DNA of 64,000 nucleotides from Eledone cirrhosa (Eukaryota): the NCBI GenBank assembly GCA_964016885.1, contig OZ024751.1, positions 46,376,001 through 46,440,000 of the forward strand, given 5' to 3'. Position 1 is the stretch's first letter, and every line of letters starts with the position of its first letter. A model generated the notes under the pieces. That model was not told where the DNA came from and did not search any database. It worked only from the letters and a program-made list of their open reading frames with translations. This document shows, piece after piece, positions 40,877 through 52,675 of the stretch. The position numbers were made by a program, and so were the translations under genes.

Positions 40877-41670
40877 ACACATATATATATATATATATAT
40901 AAATATAAATTATTTATAACACTTACATATCAGTATCTCTATTAGTGTGTGCGTGTGTGTGTCTGTGTGTGTGCATGTATGTATGTATGTCTTCTAGTCT
41001 TCATTAAGGTATCTCTATAGGAGAAAGCTACTCTGATATAAAACCTGTAACTTTGTTTGTATCCAATGATGTAGACCAGTCCACCTTTTTGGGTGAATGC
41101 ATTCGATGTTCAGAGAGTGGGATTGGCGCCATGGAATGCCTTTCTTAAAAAAGCTTCAAGCACAGGAATCGCTTGATATGTGACATTTTTTGTGATGTGT
41201 GTCATTGCTGGCCATAGGCAAGTCCCTAGCAGGATTAAAAGCCATGTCTGTGATGCTCATGCTTAAGTATCAAGACATGGCATTACTCAAAACTGAGTTG
41301 CAGCCATCATGTATGTATGTTCATATGTATGTATGTTTGTATATATGTATGTCTGTATGTTCATATATGTGTGTGTATGTATGATTATGTGTACGTATGA
41401 TTATTTGTATTGACAAACCAATATATATATGTATATAAACATAAATTATTTACAACAGTTATAAAACTGTGTCTGTATTAGTGTGTGTGTGTGTGGAGCA
41501 TTACTCAAAACTGACTTTCAGCCATCATGTTCATATATGTGTGTGTGTATATATGTGTATATGTCCATATACTGTGTGTATATGAGTGTGTGTGCATAAC
41601 ATTTTGAAAATGTATATATTTGGCTGTCTTGTTTTCTCATTTATTTGGCTATTTTGTTTTCTCATTTCAG

Positions 41671-41682
41671 TTAAGGGGATCC
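41671..41682 (+). CDS. 12-nt microexon, copy 2 (TTAAGGGGATCC, LRGS)
   Basis: Same acceptor and |gtaagt donor context as copy 1. Confidence 0.75.
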
Positions 41683-42883
41683 GTAAGTATACATGTTCTT
41701 TTAATATTTTCCCAAAAAACAATCGTTTTGGTGTGTAGAGGAAAGTATGAAAGATGAGGATCACCGTGGCAGAATGAATTTATTTCCATGCAGACCTGCC
41801 AACCTCTAAAAACCCAAACTGGGAGTACCATGAAAGAAATTCTAGAAATGTAGCAAAATAGGGAGATTTTACACAATGAAAGCTATCCCCATTTTCACAA
41901 GAGAAGACATCTGACACTCACCCCAAAGTGGGTGAGAATCTCCCTGTTGGACAGGGAGAGTTGACAAGTTTGTAATTGAACAATAAACAGTAAATTACAA
42001 ATTTCTATTTCTACACAATGAAGCACAATAAACTGTAGAACTGTCAAACTTTTGAACTGAAGTGAGCATGGAACAATAATTCCACTGAACATAATTCTGT
42101 GGTGCCAGAAAAAATTGAGTACTCCTCAATCTATCGGAGTGTAATTTGAACCTGTTGGAAAAAATTGTGTACCTCTGTTTAGACAAAACATAATATATAG
42201 GCAATAAACACAAGCACACTTGAAACACGTGATTGTGATATGATTGGCTGTCATTAAATAATTAAACAAATACACAGTACTTGTTAGATAATACTCAATA
42301 CAAGTTCAATATGTGACACTAGGTATCAGCAAGAATCTTGTCACACTGCCAATACACCTTAATTTCTTTCTTGTCACTAATCTATGGGCCCTATGACTCC
42401 CGATGGAAGTCATAGAATCTCTATTGTGGTACGCAGCTTGTGTCTTGCACATTTTTGGATTTCGTACAGCCTATCCCTCTCTGTGTCTGAACACAGATGA
42501 TTACTTCCAGAGAAAGAAGAGGATAGGAAAAGAGAGAGAGAGAAAGAAGTAGAGAGAGAGTGTGAAAGAGAGAGCGAAATAAATATATATATCTCCCTCT
42601 TTTACTCATCCATTACTGGTGCCATAGCAAATATCATTGTCCTTCTTAACCTCTCCAGCACTGCTATGTGAATTACTCTCGTCTAAAACCTGGTGTCATC
42701 TTCAAGGACATCTTTCAGTGTGATGTTTTCTCTCTCAAGTCATCTGCATACATCTGGTTTCAAGAGAAAATCTCTGCCAGGAGTTTCATTGTTGTTTCAT
42801 TTCCTCCTAGGCAACATGCTAAAGAGAATTTGTGTTTTATATTTCTGTATATATCTTGTTATTTCCTGAACTATATATATATG

Positions 42884-42926
<43 letters not shown>

Positions 42927-43670
42927 TTCAATGAAAACAGAAAGCTGGATTCTAAAATTCCATTAATATTGCAATAATTACTATACGTATTTCTATGGCT
43001 TGCTTACATAATTAGATCATGACACAAAATATTTGGCAACATCATCAGATGTAAATTGCAAAAATTAAGTAACCAATGAATGGATTATAGCAAACATAAA
43101 CAGAGAATAGAATTGATTCGGAGACGGCCTGTCATTCATTGTTTCTGTTATGACGAACCACCTCCGGATGTGGGTCAGCATGTAAATAGTTGCTCACTTC
43201 CTTCTATCAAGCTAGTACCATAAATAGTAAACTACTAAAGTAAATATTTTACAGGGATTGCTATCATTTCTTCATATTTTACTAACACAATGTCTTAAGA
43301 GAGGGAGAGAGGGAGAGAGAGAGTGACTCATTAAAGCTGAAATATTGTTCATTGTTAATAATTTTATACTTCTTTATTCCTATTCTGCTTTATATTGTAA
43401 GTATACATTATTGGATAATATCTTATAGTAATTAGCAACGTTCATGAAAGGGCTCCATATATCCTAGTTACTAGACAGTGATTGGAGTGTGGACACTTTA
43501 GTTGCCTATCACTCAACCATAAAGCATGTTGTACTGTGTTACAGGGTAGCAGGCATGTATCTGACCTGACCATGACCATGATATATATATATATTGTATC
43601 GTGAAGTATGAAATTTATAGAAATTTGTAGAAAAAGACAAATATCTACAAATTTCATACTTGACGAACCA

Positions 43671-43707
<37 letters not shown>

Positions 43708-43802
43708 TGTAGTTATATTTTGTGTTATTCACTTTCTAATTAAATAGCTCTGTTCTATACATAGAGCACTCTTTTTTTCCTTTGCTTTTCCTTTGGAATT
43801 AC

Positions 43803-43853
<51 letters not shown>

Positions 43854-44665
43854 ACGCATATATATATATATATATATAAATATAAATTATTTATAACACT
43901 TACATATCAGTATCTCTATTAGTGTGTGCGTGTGTGTGTCTGTGTGTGTGCATGCATGTATGTATGTCTTCTAGTCTTCATTAAGGTATCTCTATAGGAG
44001 AAAGCTACTCTGATATAAAACCTGTAACTTTGTTTGTATCCAATGATGTAGACCAGTCCACCTTTTTGGGTGAATGCATTCGATGTTCAGAGAGTGGGAT
44101 TGGCGCCATGGAATGCCTTTCTTAAAAAAGCTTCAAGCACAGGAATCGCTTGATATGTGACATTTTTTGTGATGTGTGTCATTGCTGGCCATAGGCAAGT
44201 CCCTAGCAGGATTAAAAGCCATGTCTGTGATGCTCATGCTTAAGTATCAAGACATGGCATTACTCAAAACTGAGTTGCAGCCATCATGTATGTATGTTCA
44301 TATGTATGTATGTTTGTATATATGTATGTCTGTATGTTCATATATGTGTGTGCATGTTTATGTGTGTGTGTATGTATGATTATGTGTACGTATGATTATT
44401 TGTATTGACAAACCAATATATATATGTATATAAACATAAATTATTTACAACAGTTATAAAACTGTGTCTGTATTAGTGTGTGTGTGTGTGGAGCATTACT
44501 CAAAACTGACTTTCAGCCATCATGTTCATATATGTGTGTGTGTATATATGTGTATATGTCCATATACTGTGTGTATATGAGTGTGTGTGCATAACATTTT
44601 GAAAATGTATATATTTGGCTGTCTTGTTTTCTCATTTATTTGGCTATTTTGTTTTCTCATTTCAG

Positions 44666-44677
44666 TTAAGGGGATAC
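44666..44677 (+). CDS. 12-nt microexon, copy 3 (TTAAGGGGATAC, LRGY)
   Basis: Same acceptor and |gtaagt donor context as copy 1. Confidence 0.75.
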
Positions 44678-45863
44678 GTAAGTATACATGTTCTTTTAAT
44701 ATTTTCCCAAAAAACAATCGTTTTGGTGTGTAGAGGAAAGTATGAAAGATGAGGATCACCGTGGCAGAATGAATTTATTTCCATGCAGACCTGCCAACCT
44801 CTAAAAACCCAAACTGGGAGTACCATGAAAGAAATTCTAGAAATGTAGCAAAATAGGGAGATTTTACACAATGAAAGCTATCCCCATTTTCACAAGAGAA
44901 GACATCTGACACTCACCCCAAAGTGGGTGAGAATCTCCCTGTTGGACAGGGAGAGTTGACAAGTTTGTAATTGAACAATAAACAGTAAATTACAAATTTC
45001 TATTTCTACACAATGAAGCACAATAAACTGTAGAACTGTCAAACTTTTGAACTGAAGTGAGCATGGAACAATAATTCCACTGAACATAATTCTGTGGTGC
45101 CAGAAAAAATTGAGTACTCCTCAATCTATCGGAGTGTAATTTGAACCTGTTGGAAAAAATTGTGTACCTCTGTTTAGACAAAACATAATATATAGGCAAT
45201 AAACACAAGCACACTTGAAACACGTGATTGTGATATGATTGGCTGTCATTAAATAATTAAACAAATACACAGTACTTGTTAGATAATACTCAATACAAGT
45301 TCAATATGTGACACTAGGTATCAGCAAGAATCTTGTCACACTGCCAATACACCTTAATTTCTTTCTTGTCACTAATCTATGGGCCCTATGACTCCCGATG
45401 GAAGTCATAGAATCTCTATTGTGGTACGCAGCTTGTGTCTTGCACATTTTTGGATTTCGTACAGCCTATCCCTCTCTGTGTCTGAACACAGATGATTACT
45501 TCCAGAGAAAGAAGAGGATAGGAAAAGAGAGAGAGAGAAAGAAGATGAGAGAGAGTGTGAAAGAGAGAGCGAAATAAATATATATATCTCCCTCTTTTAC
45601 TCATCCATTACTGGTGCCATAGCAAATATCATTGTCCTTCTTAACCTCTCCAGCACTGCTATGTGAATTACTCTCGTCTAAAACCTGGTGTCATCTTCAA
45701 GGACATCTTTCAGTGTGATGTTTTCTCTCTCAAGTCATCTGCATACATCTGGTTTCAAGAGAAAATCTCTGCCAGGAGTTTCATTGTTGTTTCATTTCCT
45801 CCTAGGCAACATGCTAAAGAGAATTTGTGTTTTATATTTCTGTATATATCTTGTTATTTCTTG

Positions 45864-45894
<31 letters not shown>

Positions 45895-46786
45895 CTTCAA
45901 TGAAAACAGAAAGCTGGATTCTAAAATTCCATTAATATTGCAAAAATTACTATACGTATTTCTATGGCTTGCTTACATAATTAGATCATGACACAAAATA
46001 TTTGGCAACATCATCAGATGTAAATTGCAAAAATTAAGTAACCAATGAATGGATTATAGCAAACATAAACAGAGAATAGAATTGATTCGGAGACGGCCTG
46101 TTATTCATTGTTTCTGTTATGACGAACCACCTCCGGATGTGGGTCAGCATGTAAATAGTTGCTCACTTCCTTCTATCAAGCTAGTACCATAAATAGTAAA
46201 CTACTAAAGTAAATATTTTACAGGGATTGCTATCATTTCTTCATATTTTACTAACACAATGTCTTAAGAGAGGGAGAGAGAGAGAGAGAGAGAGTGACTC
46301 ATTAAAGCTGAAATATTGTTCATTGTTAATAATTTTATACTTCTTTATTCCTATTCTGCTTTATATTGTAAGTATACATTATTGGATAATATCTTATAGT
46401 AATTAGCAACGTTCATGAAAGGGCTCCATATATCCTAGTTAGTAGACAGTGATTGGAGTGTGGACACTTTAGTTGCCTATCACTCAACCATAAAGCATGT
46501 TGTACTGTGTTACAGGGTAGCAGGCATGTATCTGACCTGACCATGACCATGATATATATATATATTGTATCGTGAAGTATGAAATTTATAGAAATTTGTA
46601 GAAAAAGACAAATATCTACAAATTTCATACTTGACAAACCAATATATATATATATATAGAGAGAGAGAGATGTAGTTATATTTTGTGTTATTCACTTTCT
46701 AATTAAATAGCTCTGTTCTATACATAGAGCACTCTTTTTTTCCTTTGCAATTACGTAACACACACACACATACACACACACACATA

Positions 46787-47126
46787 TCATCATCATCATC
46801 ATCATTTTACGTCCACTTTTCCCTGCTTGCAAGGGTGGGACGGGAACTGATTCTGGCTTGATTTCTACAGCTGGATGCCCTTCCTAACACCAACCTCTTT
46901 TACAGTGAGTGCTGGGTGGTTTTTGCCGTGGCACCTACACGACCACTTTGCAGTGGAATGATAGGGACCCCAATCCCTATCATCTCATTTCTACAGCTGA
47001 GTAAACTGGAGCAATGTGAAATAAAGTGTCTTGCTCAAGGAAACAACACATCACCCGGTCTGAGAATCAAACTCACAACCTTTCGATTGTAAGGCCAATG
47101 CTCGAACCACTAAGCCATGTGCCTCC
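46787..47126 (-). mobile_element. CORE SINE inserted only in the third duplication unit, tail of the RTE subfamily 2 type
   Basis: Absent from units 1 and 2. The tail TTTTACGTCCACTTTTCCCTGCTTGCAAGGGTGGGACG matches the reverse complement of 33871-33908. Confidence 0.85.
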
Positions 47127-48152
47127 ATATATATGTATAAATATAAATTATTTATAACAGTTACATATCGGTATCTCTATTAGTGTGTGTGTCTGTGTGT
47201 GTGCATGTATGTATGTATGTCTTCTAGTCTTCATTAAGGTATCTCTATAGGAGAAAGCTACTCTGATATAAAACCTGTAACTTTGTTTGTATCCAATGAT
47301 GTAGACCAGTCCACCTTTTTGGGTGAATGCATTCGATGTTCAGAGAGTGGGATTGGCGCCATGGAATGCCTTTCTTAAAAAAGCTTCAAGCATAGGAATC
47401 GCTTGATATGTGACATTTTTTGTGATGTGTGTCATTGCTGGCCATAGGCAAGTCCCTAGCAGGATTAAAAGCCATGACTGTGATGCTCATGCTTAAGTAT
47501 CAAGACATGGCATTACTCAAAACTGAGTTGCAGCCATCATGTATGTATGTATGTTCATATGTATGTATATATGTATATGCATGTGTGCATGAGTATGTAT
47601 ATGCACGGGGATACAGAAATAGTCGGACTGGATATCTTATCGCACAGTTAAACCACTGGGAGTGAAGGACCCCTATCCTTTGTCAGGGCATTTTTCTAGG
47701 AGAAGGCAACTCTGGGACAACTCTGACATAAAACCTGCGGTTCAGTAGTTACCGATGATGTTGATCTTTTCTTCTTTTCGGGTTATAGCTTCTGTCAGTC
47801 AGAGAGTGGGATTGGCTCTGTGCACAGTCTTTCCTCACTTTATATAAAATCTTTACACACATGCATTGCACAAGAGAATTAATTAATAATTATTGATAAT
47901 GGTATATCATGCAATGGCCATACTCGATAACAAGGGGGCAGCCATCATCATGTTCGTATGTCTGTATGTCTGTATGTCTGTATGTTCGTATATGTGTGTG
48001 TGTGTGTATCTATGATTATGTGTTTGTGTGTATGTAATGTATGTATGTCCGTGTACTGTGTGTATATGTGTGTGTGCATAACATTTTGAAAATGTATATA
48101 TTTTGCTGTCTTGACTTCTCATTTATTTGGCTGTTTTGTTTTCTCATTTCAG

Positions 48153-48164
48153 ATAAACCTTTCC
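48153..48164 (+). CDS. 12-nt microexon, copy 4 (ATAAACCTTTCC, INLS)
   Basis: gttttgttttctcatttcag| acceptor and |gtaagt donor, phase 0-0. Confidence 0.75.
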
Positions 48165-48974
48165 GTAAGTATCCATGTTCTTTTAATATTTTCAAAAAAA
48201 CAATCGTTCCTAATTTAGATAAAATGCCAGTAAATTTTGGTGTGTAGAGGAAAGTATGAAAGATGAGGATCACCTTCGCAGAATGTATTTATTTCCATGC
48301 AGACCTGCCAACCTCTAAAAACCCAAACTGGGAGTACCATGAAAAAAAGTCGAGAAATGTGGCAAAATGGGCAGATTTTACATAACGAAAGCTATGTCCA
48401 TTTTCAGAGAAGACATCTCAGACTCACCCCAAAGTGGGTGAGAATCTCCCTGTTGGACAGGGAGAGTTGACAAGTTTGTAATTGAACAATAAACAGTAAA
48501 TTACAAATTTCTATTTCTACACAATGAAGCACAATAAACTGTAGAACTGTCAAACTTTTGAACTGAAGTGAGCATGGAACAATAATTCCACTGAACATAA
48601 TTCTGTGGTGCCAGAAAAAATTGAGTACTCCTCAATCTATCGGAGTGTAATTTGAACCTGTTGGAAAAAATTGTGTACCTCTGTTTAGACAAAACATAAT
48701 ATATAGGCAATAAACACAAGCACACTTGAAACACGTGATTGTGATATGATTGGCTGTCATTAAATAATTAAACAAATACACAGTACTTGTTAGATAATAC
48801 TCAATACAAGTTCAATATGTGACACTAGGTATCAGCAAGAATCTTGTCACACTGCCAATACACCTTAATTTCTTTCTTGTCACTAATCTATGGGCCCTAT
48901 GACTCCCGATGGAAGTCATAGAATCTCTATTGTGGTACGCAGCTTGTGTCTTGGACATTTTTGGACTTTGTAGC

Positions 48975-48975
48975 A

Positions 48976-49056
<81 letters not shown>

Positions 49057-49820
49057 AGACAAGCAGGTAGATGAGTTGGCTGGTAGGTAGGTAGATAGGT
49101 AGGTAGGCAATAGATAGAAAGAAATATTTAGGTGGGTGATGGATGGGCAGTTAGATGGAAAGGGAATGGATAGGTGGATGGTTGGGTGGGGAGGCTGGGT
49201 GGTTGGTTGGGTAGTGGTTGGGTGGCTGGTTGGGTTGAGGTTGGGTGGCTGGTTGGCTGGTGGTTGGATGGCTGGCTGGTTAGTTGGTTAGTTACCTGGC
49301 TGGTTGGATGGTTGGTTGCATGGCTGGCTGGTTAGATGGTTGCCTGGTTGGTTGGCTGGTTGATTGTTTGGTTGGATGGTTGGCTGGTTGGTGGTTGGTT
49401 GTTTGGTTGGTTGGTTGGTTGTTTGGCTGGCTGGCTGTTTGGCTGGTTGATTGTTTGGTTGGATGGTTGGCTGGTTGGTTGGTTGCTTGGCTGGCTGGTT
49501 CGTTGGTTGGCTTGTTAGTTGGCTGGTTGGTTGGTTGCTTGGCTGGCTGGCTGGTTTGTTGGTTGGTTGGTTGGTTGGTTGCTTGGTTGGCTGGTTGTTT
49601 GGTTGGTTGGTTGGTTGGTTGGTCGGCTGGTTGGTTGGCTGGTTGGTTGGCTGGTTGGTTGGTTGGATGGTTGGCTGGTTGGTTGGCTGGTTGGCTGGTT
49701 GGCTGGTTGCTTGGCCGGTTGGCTGGTTTGTTGGTTGATTGTTTGATTGGCTGGTTGGTTGTTTGGTTGATTGTCTTGTTAGTTGGTTGTTTGGTTGGCT
49801 GGCTACATGGATGGCTGACT
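48975..49820. repeat. (GA)n followed by a degenerate (GGTT/GGCT)n tetranucleotide tract
   Basis: Visible directly. Confidence 0.95.
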
Positions 49821-50013
49821 GCATGTCAACAGCTCAGTGTATCAAGCTGTAAGTAGGTACCACAGAATAGTATAGTTCACTGTACTGTGTCTGTATCAAT
49901 GACCAAGGTACTTGACTATCATCAGCCCAGGGACACAAAGTTGTAAGTAGGTATTTCTTCAATTCAACTCACTCTGCTTTATTATATCAGTATTTTATTT
50001 ATTCCTTTTCTAG

Positions 50014-50121
50014 ATTCCGGCCCACTTAGCACTGAGTATCATCTCTGTACTCTTGTTGCTTGTCATTATTATCATTTTAAGCTTCATTTTATACATCCTC
50101 AACAGCTATCGGACAAATACT
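50014..50121 (+). CDS. Internal coding exon, transmembrane helix (IPAHLALSIISVLLLLVIIIILSFILYILNSYRTNT)
   Basis: ttattccttttctag| acceptor and |gtaagt donor. 108 nt, phase 0-0, long hydrophobic run. Confidence 0.88.
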
Positions 50122-50162
50122 GTAAGTATTAACCAATGATATCCTCATTATTATACACAATA

Positions 50163-51042
50163 AGGGCGGTGGAGTCGCAGTATTGGTAGAGAGTCGGATG
50201 CCATGCTTTGCAGCATTGAATTACGTCCCTTTACTGTCTGAGTTCAAATCCTGCCTAGGTTAACTTTGCCTTTCATCCTTAAGGGATCAATAAAATAAAG
50301 TACCAGTAATGCACTGGGTAATTGCTGGCCTTGTGCCTAAAGTAGAAACAATTATTATATATATATATAAAACTTGAGAAACACAATCGGTATATATTAC
50401 ACCATAACCATATATGTTGTGAACACAATATGCTGATGGGTCGATAAAATAAAGTACCAGTAATGCACTGGGTAATTGCTGGCCTTGTGCCTAAAGTAGA
50501 AACAATTATTATATATAAATATAAAACTTGAGAAACACAATCGGTATATATTACACCATAATCATATATGTTGTGAACACAATATGCTGATGGGTCGATA
50601 AAATAAAGTACCAGTAATGCACTGGGTAATTGCTGGCCTTGTGCCTAAAGTAGAAACAATTATTATATATATATATATAAAACTTGAGAAACACAATCGG
50701 TATATATTACACCATAATCATATATGTTGTGAACACAATATGCTGATGGGTATCATTTCATCCTTACGGGGTCGATAAAATAAAGTACCAGTAATGTACT
50801 GGGTAATTTCTGGCCTTGTGCCAATAGTAGAAACAATTATTTCACACTATAATGGTGGATTGGCAGTATCGGTAGAGGGTCGGACGTCATGCTTTGATGC
50901 ATAGAGTTACGGCCCTTTCCATTCTGAGTTCAAATCCCGCCGAGGTCAACTTTGCCTTTCATCCTTATGGGCTCGATAAAATAAAGTACCAGTAATGTAC
51001 TGGGTGATTGCTGGCCTTGTGCCAAAAGTAGAAACAATTATT
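50163..51042 (+). mobile_element. Cluster of Meta-like SINEs, including a ~155-bp x3 tandem duplication of SINE tail plus flank
   Basis: tRNA heads at 50163 and 50852. Repeat units start at ~50283, 50438 and 50592. Confidence 0.85.
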
Positions 51043-51366
51043 TCACACTATAACAATATACATTATACTCAGAGTTTGACCAGCATTGTTATCTCTATTT
51101 CCATGCATGCACATACATACATACATACATACATACATACATGATGGCTGCCCCCTCGTTATCGAGTATGGCCATTGCATGAAAAAAAAACAACATAATA
51201 ATAATAATAATAATATTATATATATATATATGGAGAGGTTATATTTAATTTGTTGGGATTCAACAAGCTTAAACATTTTTTATAACTGATATAAAGCACT
51301 CTACAATTTAGTGGAGTAAATACACAATATATTAATAAATGGAAACTATATTTATAAAACCATATT

Positions 51367-51432
51367 TATTTTATTATATATATTTCAAGGGCAACCAAGC
51401 CAAATTATGGTGCGCTTTCATCAGATAAAATA
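51367..51432 (-). ncRNA. Type I minimal hammerhead ribozyme
   Basis: Minus strand: TATTTTAT-CTGATGA-AAGCGCACCA...TTGCCCTT-GAAA-TATATA-TA-ATAAAATA. 8-bp stem I, intact core. Confidence 0.75.
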
Positions 51433-51494
51433 TATATAATAAAATATATATAATAAAATAAATATGGTTTTATAAATATAGTTTCCATTTATTA

Positions 51495-51527
<33 letters not shown>

Positions 51528-51535
<8 letters not shown>

Positions 51536-52204
51536 ATGCTTTGGGAGGGTCATGTTGCCAATAAGAAACACACGCACCAGTTGCTTTCACTCCAATTTAT
51601 TATAAATTAAATTTATAAATTTAAGAATTTATAAATTTCCGGTTGGTTGGTTGGTTCCACAACCGGACGGTTAATCATATATTGTCAAAGTTCTTTCGTC
51701 ACACATTCTGTGACCTCTTCAGTGACTGGGGATTCTTTTCTTTGTTTTTGTGCCTCTCCTTTGTTCTGTCCTATGCCATCTTGTTTTTGTGTGTGTTGTG
51801 TGCTTAGTTTGCGCATGTGTTACATCCGGGTGTCTGTGTGTGTTTATATTTGTTTATTTATTTGTTTATTTACATGTTACTGGTTGGTTGTTTGTTCTAT
51901 GTGTGTGTTTTCATTTTGTCCTTAATTGTAAGTTGTGATGTTGCTATTCCATTCATGTTTTCTATTTAATTTTGGTTGGAGTTCATTTATGTTTATTGCC
52001 TCTGTGATTTGTCTAAACATTGCGTCTTTTCTGTGTGTAGATTCTATTTTTATTTCTATGTTCTCTAATTTACCCTTATGTTCTAGTTTAGCATGTTGGT
52101 GGAGTACAGATGATTCTTTTCTGTCTTGAAGCTCTCGCCAGTGTTCATTTAAACGAACACTGATGAGAGCTTCAAGATAGAAAAGAATCATCTGTACTCC
52201 ACCA
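51528..52204 (-). mobile_element. Penelope 3' fragment with a short fold-back 5' end
   Basis: Same family as 19182-19810. 52096-52145 is inverted at 52155-52204. Confidence 0.9.
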
Positions 52205-52672
52205 AAATGAAGAGGCGGTTTTCCTTTGTGTGATAGCTATGGCGAAAGAGGTTGTATGGTGGATGAGGTTAAAAGGGCTGAGGTCAGACACCTTTCTCTC
52301 CGACCAATAACTGATTCTTTTTATCAAATACCACTTTGGAAGCAGAATCAGGATGGAGAGAGAGGTGCTGTACACCAGCAAGTTTTATGAAAGGTGGGTG
52401 AAAGTGGCAAGAATGGCCCTAGTGAATGGGCCTTCTCTCTATATCAGCCTGTAGGTTGAGGAAAAAAAGGAAGAGAGGAAAGGGGTACAAACTCTTCGTA
52501 CTCCTGGAGATGAGGGTTGCACATTTTTTCGGGTGTATGTGTTACCCATATGAACTGTCTCCCCCTATTGGGGAAAATCGATTACTTTTTAAATTACATT
52601 TGTGATAGCATTTTACACGTTTTTATTGTATGTAAACTTCCCCCTTTGTGCCCCTGTGGCTAATAAAGAAAC
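52205..52672 (+). mobile_element. L1/Tx1-like LINE 3' end
   Basis: Translates to AVFLCVIAMAKEVVWWMR...FYERW, resembling the Tx1 C-terminus. 3' UTR ends AATAAAGAAA. Confidence 0.55.
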
Positions 52673-52675
52673 TTA

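Larger units (their letters stand above)
38445..48972. repeat. Tandem segmental duplication, ~3.0 kb unit, about 3.4 copies, each carrying one microexon
   Basis: The marker GATGAGGATCACC recurs at ~38763, 41754, 44749 and 48262. Near-identical ORF-track entries recur at ~2990-bp spacing. The third unit is lengthened by insertions. Confidence 0.97.

Noticed and set aside
38904-48734. Recurring 60-90 aa ORFs in the 3-kb units as a small-protein gene family
   Set aside because: They recur only because the DNA is duplicated. They have no recognisable domain, overlap in several frames and mostly use non-ATG starts.
49284-49856. WLVG / QPTN repeat ORFs resembling membrane or mucin proteins
   Set aside because: Translation of a (GGTT/GGCT)n tetranucleotide repeat that is open in most frames.
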